NCBI GenBank assembly: GCA_963828125.1
Contig: CAWHDP010000002.1
Span: forward strand, 544,001-608,000
Direction: 5' to 3'
From: an uncultured Chlamydiae bacterium
GTDB lineage: Bacteria > Chlamydiota > Chlamydiia > Chlamydiales > SM23-39
Length of the DNA: 64,000 nt
The notes under the pieces are model-generated. The model did not search any database. It saw nothing but the letters and a program-made list of their open reading frames with translations, and was not told where the DNA came from. The translations under genes and the position numbers were made by a program. Positions 43,964 to 55,300 of this stretch are shown here, piece by piece. Each line of letters begins with the position of its first letter. The first letter of the stretch is position 1.

Positions 43964-44652
43964 CTATGCCGGTTTCATGGAAAGGCACTATTGCCCAATA
44001 CGTGGGCAGACTTCATCGCCTTCACGCAGATAAAAAGGAAGTCCAAGTGTATGATTATGCAGATCTTGGGGTGCCTATTCTCGAAAAGATGTTCAACCGA
44101 AGATGCCAAGGATATGAAGCTGTTGGTTACAAGATCCTTCTCCCCGCCAGCGCCATTCCTGGATGGCCTGCAGAAGTGCCTCTTCCCGTCGATCCTGCGT
44201 GGAAAGCAGATTATGCAGGCAGCGTGAAAAGACTGGTACGCGATGGAATCGATCTTCCTTTAGCTCACCTCTTTATCCAAGTTGCGACTATTTTGCCTCA
44301 TGAAGCAGAAGGAATAGATCGAGCCCGAAGTGCTAGCGAAAGATTTTTATTTCAGAGGTTGGACACACTTCCTCAAACTAAAGGGTTGTTCCGCCTAAAT
44401 GTGGAACTGGATATTCCTTTTGATGGTTGGGGTCGAATGGAGGTTGATCTCGTATGTAGTACACTAAAACTCGCCATTGAAATCGATGGAAGCCAACACC
44501 TCAGCTCTGTTGAAGCTTATCGCAGAGACCGACGAAAAGATACTTTGCTCCAAGAAAACGGCTACAAAGTACTTCGATTTCTGGCTGAAGATGTAGGTAA
44601 ATGCCTTGATGATGTCCTGGACACAATCTTACGCGTTTTAAGCTCACATTAA
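43957..44652 (+). pseudogene. 3' remnant of an SF2 helicase with a C-terminal DUF559/Vsr-like endonuclease
   Basis: Helicase motif VI QYVGRLHR, VYDYAD; EVDL...LAIEIDG.QH...DRRKD.LL...GY.VLRF; no native start. Confidence 0.8.
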
Positions 44653-44741
44653 CAGCATATGGCCAAACCAGATCTTCATTTACAATAGATCAAAATAAGA
44701 ACTTCCCTTATCATTTTTTCTTCAATAACAGGGGCCTGTAT

Positions 44742-45890
44742 ATGAGCGAGTACCAGTACTACGAGTTTCAAGCCGTGGATCGGCCACTGAATGATAAAGA
44801 AATGAACGAACTCCGTTCTTTCTCCACACGTGCCGAGATTACACCTCATAGCTTTATTAATGATTACTCCTGGGGAAGCTTTAAAGGAGATGAAGATCGT
44901 TGGATAGAAAAATATTTCGATGGGTTCCTCTATTACGCCAATTGGGGCACTCACATCTTAAAATTGCGTCTCCCCTCCATTCTTTTAGACTTACAAACTA
45001 CACAGAATTACTGCAATGGCGACCATTTTTCAGTTCGTCTTAGCGGAGATAAAGTTATACTGGATTTTCTCTCCGAAAGCGAAGATGGCGGTGACTGGGA
45101 AGAAGATCTACGTCTTACATCCTTTTTAAGCCTACGCACGGACTTAAGCCGTGGTGACTTGCGCTGCTTGTACTTAGGCTGGCTATCGGGATTGCAAAGC
45201 GATGAATATGATGAAGAAGAGATTGAACCACCCGTACCCCCAGGCTTGCAAAATTTAAGCCCTGCTCTCGCAAATCTTGCCGACTTCCTACGAATCGATC
45301 CTGATCTAATTGATGCGGCTGCTATCAATAGCCCAACATTTGAAGATATCACCCCGAGCGTTGCAGATTTGCGCACTTGGATTACAACGCTTCCAATAAA
45401 CGAGAGAGACGATCTCCTGGCCAATATTTTAGCAGGCAGCATGCAGGGTAATCAAACCGCAGCGCTTCAGCAAGTGAGTCGTTTTACCAAAATATGGCAG
45501 ACGTTACAAGGGGACAAAAAAGCGAAGATTAAATCACGCACAGTGGGAGAGCTGCTCAAGAAGGCGGATCTCGTAAGGAAAAATAGAGAACGCCTTCAAG
45601 CTGAGAAAAAAGCCGCGGAATTAGCAGAGAAGCAAAGGTTGCAAAAAATAGCTCGAGAGAAAAGGTTAAATGAAATCATGGGCCAAGAACTCATCCTATG
45701 GGCACAGATAGAATCTTTAGCCTCTTGAAAGAAAGCCAAAAGTTACGACAAAGCCGTCGAACTGCTAACCGATCTACGTGATTTAGCTGCTCGTACAAAA
45801 GCTTCTGACTTTCACCTAAGGCTTAAGAACTTGAGAGTGAAACATTCTCCAAAATCGTCGTTTATTGAGCGCTTGCGAATTTTTTCATAA
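44742..45890 (+). pseudogene. Conserved hypothetical gene (MSEYQYYEF family) with an in-frame premature stop
   Basis: TGA at 45726-45728; the same frame continues KKAKSYDKAVELLTDLRDL...IERL to TAA 45890. Confidence 0.7.
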
Positions 45891-45914
45891 ACAATTTGGG
45901 ATTTTCAGAAAAAA

Positions 45915-47293
45915 ATGGAAGAGGGATTTTTATTAGAAGAGTTGCTCGCTAAGTCAGAAGGCAAAACCCTTGAATTCAAGGAGAACGCCTCTGCCCTTCC
46001 CAAAATCGTTCAAACAATCATACGCCTTTGCCAATACTGCTGGTGGCACTTTAGTCATTGGCATTCAAGATAAGACAAAGAATATCGTCGGACTGGCAAA
46101 TATCCTGCAAGACGAAGAAAGGATTGCCAACGCTGTCGCTGATTCAGTTGCCCCTATTTTGCTTCCGAACCTCCAATTTCTTTCTTGGAGAGGCAAAGAT
46201 TTGCTGATTGTCACCATACCTCACAGCTTAGGGCCTTTTTATCTCAAAGACAAAGGCGAAACTGCAGGAGTTTATGTGCGCCTAGGATCTACGAACCGTA
46301 TCGCAGATGCAGCAATGATCGCTGAAATCAAACGCTTGAAAGACCATACCTCCTTTGACCAGCTACCGGAAATGCGAGCATCGTTAGACGATTTAGATTT
46401 GGATTTTATAAAACATTTATTTGCAAAAATCGAAAAAACTTTTACAAAAGCTCAAGCAAAATCCTTGGAACTCGTCGCAGACTATAGAGAAATACCCCAT
46501 CCCACGAAAGGCGGCATGCTGCTGTTCGGAAAACGGCGAGAAGAACTATTTCCTGATCCGCTCATTCGGTTGATCCGATTTGATGGAATAACCAAGTCAA
46601 GTGCCATTGACCATGCGGATATCAAAAGTCCCCTTCCGACAGCTATTGACGAGACTTGGGCATTCATTCGTAGAAACACTTTTATGAAAGCGGTGATCCG
46701 CTCTATTCGTAGAGAGGATATCCCAGAATATCCCACAGAAGCCGTTCGAGAAGCGGTAATCAATGCAATCCTTCATGCCGATTATTCGACCATGCGCTCT
46801 TGTATCCAAATTGCTATTTTCGATGACAGAATGGAAATCACTAATCCAGGTCCTCTACCCCTTGGATTAAGTTTAGAGACAGCAATGTCTGGAGTCTCAC
46901 AGCTACGCAATCGAGTCCTCGGTAGGGTATTTAGAGAGCTACGCTTAATCGAACAATGGGGATCAGGGCTTTCTCGCATGCATAAGATTTGCTTAGAGCA
47001 GGGACATCCTCCTCCGAAATTCGAAGAACTTGATCTATTCTTCAGAGTGACTCTCTATCCCAAAGCAGGAACACAATCGGCTATTCCCCCCCCCCTGGTA
47101 CACGCCTCTTTTTGAATATCTCCAAAAAGAAGGCAAGGTCTCCGTCCAAGAAGCTGAAAAATTATGGAAGGTCTCACGTAAAACAGCCAACCAACGACTC
47201 AAACAACTCTGTAAAGAAGGGGTACTCACCGAGATGTCCCAAGGTCCGTTTGATCCTCATAAAGTTTTTATTTCAACAAAGAGGCACTCTTGA
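45915..47293 (+). pseudogene. AlbA_2 (Schlafen-like) + HATPase_c_4 + wHTH protein with two frameshifts
   Basis: EGKTLEFKE from ATG 45915; +1 shift near 46023 into AFANTAGG, REAVINAILHADY, EQWGSG; C10 run at 47086-47095 shifts off the wHTH. Confidence 0.82.
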
Positions 47294-47370
47294 AGCAACC
47301 CTGGAGTCTTGACCTCCAAGGTTCTCCAGGGTTCCTGAAAAGAAGGATACCAACAATCGCAAACTCTTAA

Positions 47371-47712
47371 TTACAATGCATCTAATAGACCACAGATCAG
47401 AAGCATAGCAACAAATACATACACGGGCAATCCAGCAAAGATAAGCGCTTTGTTTACTTGACGACGAAAATACCTCGACCACAGCAGATAAATGCTTGCA
47501 GGGATAGACAAAGGAACGCAAGACATAACGACTACAATAACGCCTATTGTAAGAGGGGTTTCTGTAGGGCGCTCAAAAGCAAGCATGGAACACACAAAGG
47601 CCATGCCTAAAAGAAAAGGAAACGCAAGCACATAGATAGTGGTACACATGCCTAACCCCCATTTGAGCATTTTAGGTTGCAGAGTTGATGCCTTTGATTG
47701 AGGGTTGGACAT
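47371..47712 (-). CDS. Three-TM membrane protein, putative immunity
   Basis: ATG 1 bp after the stop of the 47714 gene; three hydrophobic helices. Confidence 0.65.
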   Translation of the reverse strand: MSNPQSKASTLQPKMLKWGLGMCTTIYVLAFPFLLGMAFVCSMLAFERPTETPLTIGVIVVVMSCVPLSIPASIYLLWSRYFRRQVNKALIFAGLPVYVFVAMLLICGLLDAL

Positions 47713-47713
47713 G

Positions 47714-49171
47714 TTACCTACGATATTTTTGAATAATCTGCAGAACCGTATTCTGATAACAGTCGCTAGCAAATTCGTGTTTCCAGCGACTACCTGGGTC
47801 TGGGTCCAATATGGTCAGGTTGTTGATTTTGGAAAACATATCCTGATAATGCCGAGTTTTAGCTTCTGCAAACTTTTTTATCACCTCAGCATCAATCGAG
47901 TCTAATTCCAAAATTGCATCTTCAAAAGCCCACTCGCGGATCATTTGATCATCAGTTAATCCTGCTTTATGAGCATTATAGCGCTTAAGAGCAAGCGTTT
48001 GTAAATTAGGTGATCCCATCAAACATACATAGTCGGCCACGCTCGCATAATTGTGAGAATCGAAGTGACTCTTACCAGAGGCAATAAAAGACCCTCCGCC
48101 AAAAGTGAAAATCCTCAAGGCCGCTCTTTCAGTGAATTCAAGAAACTCAAGCGCATGTTCCAGAATAATTCCACCTTGGCTATGCGCAAAAAGAATCACG
48201 GGGGCATTTTCTTCTTTTTGTAGCACCAAAAGGTATCGCAAAAATTTGACAGCTCGCTCAATCACTGGCAGTTCGAGAGAAGCTTTTAACAATATGCAAT
48301 GTCCGAAATCCACAGACCCTTTAAATTCTTTCGTATCATTCTGCATTGCTAGGACGCGTTCTCCTCCGGCCATGAAGGAAATCTGATTCGCTGCTTTCAA
48401 AGCGTCCTGTTTACTGTTGTCAATGCCGTTTATAAAGGCCCAAATACACTGCCCTTCTTTTGCAGTGCCAACGATTCGCATAAATGAAACAATATCTTGG
48501 GGCTGTGGAGCAGTTGCAAACGGAAGCCGGATATGCTGAATCAAATGATCGGGGCGTGAACGCAGATGGGTATGGCCATTATGTTCGTGAACTACGATGG
48601 CATCTAAGCGATTTTGCTCAACCCATTGAATGGCCTCCTCTTTGGAAAGGATGACATTACCTCCAATCAAGTAGGTGTCTTGACTCCCACCACTTTCGAT
48701 CTTTCCCAGTATTTTAGGCATGAAATGAAATTTTTCATCGCCTTGGGAACGGTAGTTGCACAGCTTCTCGATCCCAAAAAGCAACTGACTAAATTGTTGT
48801 TTGCTGAGAGCCTTGACCTTCATTTTAATGGGAATATCGGTCAGCTTAGATAACCGCCCCGCAAAATCATCTGGGTTATTCGGTTGGTAGTGTTTGGCGA
48901 TAGCTTTGAGTGATCCATTAAAATATTTCTTAGAATGAAGCCAATTGGATAGCGCTGCACGCCCATTTTCTGGGCTGGCAAAAATTGCATAACGGCCAAA
49001 ATGACCTATAGAACCTTGCTTAGAGAAAAACCGACTGGCGCTATGAACTAATCCGGGATTATTCAAACGCCAAGCTAGGCTGCCACCAGTCGCGGCATAT
49101 TTATTTCCTGCCGAGTCCAGGTAAAAAACAATATTGCCATCTTGACAGTAAGCCGCTTTATACATGGCCAA
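47714..49171 (-). CDS. Multidomain putative effector: lysozyme-like + DUF3892-like + alpha/beta hydrolase
   Basis: GGSLAWRLNNPG...YAIF.SPE.GRAAL; SKEEAI..V...HLRSRPD; FINGI.N...AHSQGG...TFGG...D.V...HEF. Confidence 0.72.
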   Translation of the reverse strand: MAMYKAAYCQDGNIVFYLDSAGNKYAATGGSLAWRLNNPGLVHSASRFFSKQGSIGHFGRYAIFASPENGRAALSNWLHSKKYFNGSLKAIAKHYQPNNPDDFAGRLSKLTDIPIKMKVKALSKQQFSQLLFGIEKLCNYRSQGDEKFHFMPKILGKIESGGSQDTYLIGGNVILSKEEAIQWVEQNRLDAIVVHEHNGHTHLRSRPDHLIQHIRLPFATAPQPQDIVSFMRIVGTAKEGQCIWAFINGIDNSKQDALKAANQISFMAGGERVLAMQNDTKEFKGSVDFGHCILLKASLELPVIERAVKFLRYLLVLQKEENAPVILFAHSQGGIILEHALEFLEFTERAALRIFTFGGGSFIASGKSHFDSHNYASVADYVCLMGSPNLQTLALKRYNAHKAGLTDDQMIREWAFEDAILELDSIDAEVIKKFAEAKTRHYQDMFSKINNLTILDPDPGSRWKHEFASDCYQNTVLQIIQKYRR

Positions 49172-49227
49172 AGATCATATCAAAAAGAGGGGCTCAAAAC
49201 CATCCGAATCGATCTACTCTTTAAATT

Positions 49228-49405
49228 CCGTGGACCATTTGTGGACCACTGGCATACAAAAAAGTGCGATAAGTGACAGTAGATCGCAGTAGCTGGAAAG
49301 GGGCGCTTTCCGCTATGATTTTGGGCAGTTAGCTGCTAAATGGCAGGAGCGGTGCTGCGGACTCATAACCCGTCGGGCCTTAGGTATCAAGTCCAGGTTG
49401 CCCCA
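49228..49405 (+). repeat. Element right end with degenerate att (49357-49405)
   Basis: ~180 bp aligns with 60879-61054; the att copy carries substitutions and insertions. Confidence 0.9.
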
Positions 49406-49570
49406 CATTTCATAACCAGCACAAATCCATACACATCGGATAGATTCGACTTGATCCAACCATACCGATCAAGTTAAGATTATGTCCTTCGGTGCAATGG
49501 CGGTGCAACGAGCCACAACTTTATTCGGCAGCGCCATCCAACCCAAACCCGAAAACACAAGGTTGGAACT

Positions 49571-50152
49571 ATGGCATCTATCTATAAACGCAAAGACGGT
49601 AAAGGCGGGCGCGCTGTCGTCCGCATCACAGGCTACCCCACTGTCTGCGATCATTTCGAACGAAAAAAACAAGCAGAAGATTGGGCCGTCGAAATAGAAA
49701 GGCAGATCAAACTCGGTCAATATAAATTCGATCAACACAACCATCTTCATACTTTCGGCGAGTTAACCGAACGCTACTTAAATGATGGAGCTATCGAACA
49801 TCATCGCTCAGCCAAAGATACTCGCCGTCATCTCGTTTACTGGAGGTCTCATTTCTCTGCTTTCGCTCTTATCCATCTTACCCCTGAGCTGATCGGCAAA
49901 GAACGACTTCACCTACTCAAAACTCCTACACATCGAGGAACAAAGAGGACACCGGCTACTGTCAATCGCTATATAGCCTCGCTCTCTCTACTCTTTAGCT
50001 ACGCGGTCAAGCAACTTCACTGGATTAGCAAAAACCCCTGCACAAGTCTAATCAAACTCAAAGAAAATCCTGGAAGAGATCGAGTGTTAACTAACGATGA
50101 AATCGAACGCCTTCTCCAAGCGTGCCGCAAGAGTCGATCCATCTACCTCTGA
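49571..50152 (+). pseudogene. Truncated integrase (catalytic domain lost)
   Basis: Colinear with the 61221 integrase up to CRKSRS.YL, then stops. Confidence 0.9.
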
Positions 50153-50318
50153 GAAATGGATGGACTATCGGCTACCATACCAGACATGCCTGCAAACCAC
50201 AATAAAAAGGGGAACAATAAACTATAGATAATTGTCGCATTTTGAGCGTATCCTTTCATTTTCTTTTGATCTTCAGTTTGTAACACAATTTTTGACATTC
50301 TTTTTCCCTACAAAATTT

Positions 50319-50840
50319 TTATTCAGAAGAAATTGTTCGCGAAGCTTGCTCGTAAGTCTCCTCATAAATCGCTTGGCGAGGATTTGCACGAGTGTAATAC
50401 TCGAGGTCTCCATTTATACATTCAATACAATAAATTTTTTCTAGAGGAAGCTCAGATCTGTCTGGATTGTAAACGAAAATTCTTATTTCAACATTTTTAG
50501 CAGTAAAAGGATACTCATGAAGATAAGGCCTAACTTCTTTATTATTATTGATTGCTGACAGATATTCATTGATAGCATAAATAGTAAGTTCCCTGGCTGT
50601 TTTAAGGTTTACCTCTTGATAATAATTAAAACTCATTGCCATCATCTGTATGTCATCCATCATTTGTCCCCCTGTTCCTATAAGATACAGGTTCTTTTGC
50701 GCTTTCAATTCTTTTGCAGTTTTTTCCGTAATTTCATGGGCTAGTTTTACATAACGAGGAGACTGATAGCCAAAAGATGAACACCCAAAAAGAAAAGAAA
50801 ACATAAATAGGATTACCCCAACGTTAAAAAATAACTTCAC
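50319..50840 (-). CDS. Lipoprotein, putative immunity (orphan copy)
   Basis: LFGC lipobox; ~25 of 173 residues differ from 51798..52319; GTGA overlap with the upstream orphan CT. Confidence 0.82.
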   Translation of the reverse strand: MKLFFNVGVILFMFSFLFGCSSFGYQSPRYVKLAHEITEKTAKELKAQKNLYLIGTGGQMMDDIQMMAMSFNYYQEVNLKTARELTIYAINEYLSAINNNKEVRPYLHEYPFTAKNVEIRIFVYNPDRSELPLEKIYCIECINGDLEYYTRANPRQAIYEETYEQASRTISSE

Positions 50841-51647
50841 TTTTTACCTCCATAATTTTTGATATAACTGTTAATATGGCGTTCTATTGGATCTTTAAAA
50901 GTAGGACTTAAAAACTCATGATCCCAAAAATTGGCATTGGGATGCGGTTCTAGCACTTGCAACTGATTTCCATATTTTATCTTCCCTATGACGTCGAGAC
51001 GAGTAACAATATCCCGTCTACTCATGTAGTTATAAGACCTAAAGCATAGTTCTTCTGGAATAATGGCAGCGGGGGCGAGAGCTAGGCTAATGATTCTTTG
51101 CTGGACTGATTTTGGCGAGGTCAAAAGAGCATTGTAGACCTGAAGGGCGCCTCCACTGTGGCTAATCTGTAGAAATTTTTCATCAGGTCCATGTGTGGCA
51201 ATAAAGTGATTCCATTGATTTTTTAATAATTGAACGGGTGGAGTATGCATTCTCATATGTCCTAGTCCGCATTCTAGGACATCGATCACTGTTGATACCC
51301 ACTGAATACTATCCCAGTTGGTTGCATTATAAATCCCATAAACTTTGGCTCCCCCTGCATATTGGCTCAATTGTTGTGCACTTGCTATAGATTTAGTTTG
51401 TTGATTGTTAATCCCATTGATGAATCCTATTCCACCACAAGGTAAATCAAAAGAACCTACCTGGAAAGAGCCTGAACGCACTTGAAATTCTTCTTCAGGA
51501 TCGTAGAGAGAATGGGTGATTAAAGTTTGCTCTCCTGATTTTGTATAGCGAGTCTGGAGTCTTCTACCCAAAGCATCGTAAGAGGCTTCCCAGAGATAAG
51601 AAGGGTCGGTCACTTTGGTCAATTTGCCCCATGGATCCCAAGACAAT
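50837..51647 (-). pseudogene. Orphan RHS C-terminal hydrolase cassette
   Basis: Short YD fragment fused in frame to the HSGG domain; RHS core and DPxG site deleted. Confidence 0.8.
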
Positions 51648-51797
51648 CGGCTACCATACCAGACATGCCTGCAAACCACAATAAAAAGGGGAACAATAAA
51701 CTATAGATAATTGTCGCATTTTGAGCGTATCCTTTCATTTTCTTTTGATCTTCAGTTTGTAACACAATTTTTGACATTCTTTTTCCCTACAAAATTT

Positions 51798-52319
51798 TTA
51801 TTCAGAAGAAATTGTTCGCGAAGCTTGCTCGTAAGTCTCCTCATAAATCGCTTGGCGAGGATTTGCACGAGTGTAATACTTAAGCGTGCCATTAAGAGAA
51901 GTAATACAATCTATTTTTTCTGGTGGAAGCTCAGACCTGTCTGGATTGTAAATGAAAATTCTTATTTCAATGTTTTTGGCATTAAATGGATATTCATGAA
52001 GATAAAGTCTTATTTCTTTATTACTATTGATTGCTGATAGATATTCATTGATGACATGGACAATAAGCTCTCGACCTGTTTTGAGATCAACCTCTTGATA
52101 ATAATCAAAGCTCATAGCCAACATCTGTATGTCATCCATCATTTGTCCTCCTGTTCCTGCAAGGTACAAATTCTTTTGAGCTTTTAATTCCTTTGCAGTT
52201 TTTTCCGTAATTTCATGAGCTAGTTTTACATAACGGGGAGACTGATAGCCAAAAGAAGAACACCCAAAAAGAAAAGAGAACATAAATAGGATCACTCCAA
52301 TGCTAAAAAATAATCTCAT
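51798..52319 (-). CDS. Lipoprotein, putative immunity of the 2825-aa RHS toxin
   Basis: LFGC lipobox; ATGA overlap with the toxin stop. Confidence 0.85.
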   Translation of the reverse strand: MRLFFSIGVILFMFSFLFGCSSFGYQSPRYVKLAHEITEKTAKELKAQKNLYLAGTGGQMMDDIQMLAMSFDYYQEVDLKTGRELIVHVINEYLSAINSNKEIRLYLHEYPFNAKNIEIRIFIYNPDRSELPPEKIDCITSLNGTLKYYTRANPRQAIYEETYEQASRTISSE

Positions 52320-55300
52320 TTCTTACCTCCATAGTTTTCAATATAATCGTTAATATGACGCCTTATCTTCGGTGCAAAAGTCGGACTTAAAAACTCATGA
52401 TCCCAAAAATTGGCGTTAGGATGAGGTTCTAGCACTTGCAACTGATTTCCATATTTTATCTTCCCTATGACGTCGAGACGAGTAACAATATCCCGCCTAC
52501 TCATGTAGTTATAAGACCTAAAGCATAGTTCTTCTGGAATAATGGCAGCGGGGGCAAGAGCTAGGCTAATGATTCTTTGCTGGACTGATTTTGGCGAGGT
52601 CAAAAGAGCATTGTAGACCTGAAGGGCGCCTCCACTGTGGCTAATCTGTAGAAATTTTTCATCAGGTCCATGTGTGGCAATAAAGTGATTCCATTGATTT
52701 TTTAATAATTGAACGGGTGGAGTATGCATTCTCATATGTCCTAGTCCGCATTCTAGGACATCGATCACTATTGATACCCACTGAATACTATCCCAGTTGG
52801 TTGCATTATAAATCCCATAAACTTTGGCTCCCCCTGCATATTGGCTCAATTGTTGTGCACTTGCTATAGATTTAGTTTGTTGATTGTTAATCCCATTGAT
52901 GAATCCTATTCCACCACAAGGTAAATCAAAAGAACCTACCTGGAAAGAGCCTGAACGCATCAGATCGTGATTTGCAAGATAGGCGGGAATAGCGTTAAAG
53001 CCTTGAATGGCTTGATTTAATCCGTTGAAAGGCTGCAAAGCACCGATCACAAGAGGTTTGATTGATTGATACACAGGAGACGCAAATCGACCATCTGGAT
53101 CAAAGTAATTAACTGGATCCCCATTAGCATAAGCATATAGATCTAGGCACATCGGGTAAGACACCGGATCTTGGCTTAAGAATTGACCGCTTCTAGAATC
53201 ATAGTATCTATCCCCCATCCAGATGAAACCTGTTGGGTCTTGGGCCTTACTATGCCAATTCAAAGACTGGGCATAAGAAATCAGATCTGAAGAAACAGAA
53301 GGATTTATTTCAAGAGGCCCATAGAAGGAAGGGGGCGTTTCGCTATAGAGAATCCCTTGGTGAGAAACAACTCCTGTCAGCTGCCTCAATGCATTGTGCA
53401 TTAGGGTAACGGATGCTCCTGTTTCATCACTGATCGCATCGCAAGCATCCGGCCCATAAATTTTCCAAAAGGTTTTCCCTTCGATTTGTACCCCGATCTC
53501 TTGAAATTCTTCTTCAGGATCGTAGAGAGAATGGGTGATTAAAGTTTGCTCTCCTGATTTTGTATAGCGAGTCTGGAGTCTTCTACCCAAAGCATCGTAA
53601 GAGGCTTCCCAGAGATAAGAAGGGTCGGTCACTTTGGTCAATTTGCCCCATGGATCCCAAGACAATTGTTTTTGACCATGAGTAATCACCTCTCCTATTG
53701 CATTGTAACCTGTTGAAAGAGACGTCTTTTCAAACACCGAAGCAAGAATTCTACCGAAATCATCTAATCCGTTTTGCGGCACATACCAACCTGGGGCGGC
53801 TGTTCGAACGCCGGCGCCTGCAGACCCAAAATCAAAATCGTATTTTTCCGACCCTGTCGATATTAAATGCCCTCTTTCATTGTAAGAAAAACTCTGATCT
53901 CTTCCTGGAGCAGTATAGGTATAGATTTTTCCTGAAGGGTACCAATTGAGCTGCTCCTGATAAAAGCCTTCAGGTAGACTGGTTACAACAGTCTCTGGTA
54001 ACCCTGAGGAATTATAATCGATCGTAGTAGAACTCAGTCGGCTATTTTTGCTCTTCAGAGTTCCGCTGAGTTCATACGAATAGGATACTCCTACAGCTTG
54101 AGTTGAAACCTGAATGAGCTGATTGTTCTGATAGAAGAAATCACGAACATGGTTTCCAATCTGCAAAGAACGACTATTAGCCGTCCATTTCTGCTTTGTC
54201 TCTTGGATCAGATTGGAATTCAAATAGACTGACTCAAGAGCTAAATTACCATCTGCATCATACGAGCGCTCTACTAGAGAATTTTCGTTTTGCGACCCAT
54301 ATACCCAGCTAGATAGCCAGGAAGAGGCTACATCTGTAGTCTGACTTGCTGCCCTTAGAAATCCCCTGGGCTCATAAGTATAAGTACGCTTGCCGCCTTC
54401 AACGCTATCTTGGAAGACCCTTCCATAGTCATCATAAAGATAAGTATGAGTCCGTTGCATAGGATCTCTAGCTTCTCTGAGGTAGCCATTTTCATAAGAG
54501 AAGGTCCAGCGTTCAGAGGAACCTCTTGAAGAGATAAGCTCCTCTGATTTCTTTCTATGCATTGAATCATACGAAGCTTTCCAGACATTGCCGTTAGGTA
54601 GGTGGTATTCGGCTAAGTTAGAGTCTAAATCATAGACAAATTCAAGAACGGTTCCATCGGGTAAATATTTTTGGGTCAAGCGGCCTAATCCATCGAATTC
54701 TTGGCGGGTGATTCTTCCATCTCCGTCGATTGAAATAATGCGATTTCCACAAGCGTCATATTCGTACTTAGCTGTGATTTCGCCTTTTTCAATCTTAATT
54801 GGCAACCCAAGAGCATTTCTCCAAGTGACTGTTCTTTCATCTCCTTCAATGACTTCTTCCTTGTCATGCTCAAGGTCAACCTGGAGTTCTGAGACAGAAA
54901 TAAGAGTCCCTCTAGAGTCGCTGGTCTCTGATTTAATAGCTCTTGCCCCAGCATATTGAGTGGTGGTGGTCTCGCCGCTTGGAAGAGTGCAAACGACAAG
55001 GTTATCCTGATACTTCCAGCTTGTGTGCTTGCCGCTAGGACTTATCTCGGTCTTAGGCCGATTAAGACTGTCATAGGTTTTTTCTGAGGTATAACCTGCA
55101 GCATCCGTAAATTTGATGAGATTTCCTCTCGGATCAAATCCGCTGATTTCAGAATTTTTCGTCGCTAGATGAGTTCTTATCACTCGATGATGGGGGTCGT
55201 CGTATGTGATTTCCCAAGAAATTCCCTTCTTTGTTTCTAAGACCGGACGCCCTAAAACATCATAAACTGTCGTATTCTTCGTTCCATCTGGATAAATCTC

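Larger units (their letters stand above)
43084..49405. mobile_element. Integrative element 2 (GTGGACCA arm class), decayed
   Basis: att at both ends; ccgtggaccatttgtggaccact at 43210 and 49228; broken integrase. Confidence 0.82.
50167..51647. repeat. Tandem duplicate of 51646-53666 with a 540-bp internal deletion
   Basis: Both units begin atcggctaccataccagacatgcc; this copy lacks the equivalent of 52960-53499 (junction 51480/51481). Confidence 0.92.

Noticed and set aside
50232..52037. Duplicated + strand ORFs MSHFERILSF...
   Set aside because: Antisense by-products of the duplicated immunity genes
50167..53666. Diversity-generating retroelement (TR/VR pair)
   Set aside because: Differences are not adenine-specific and no reverse transcriptase is present
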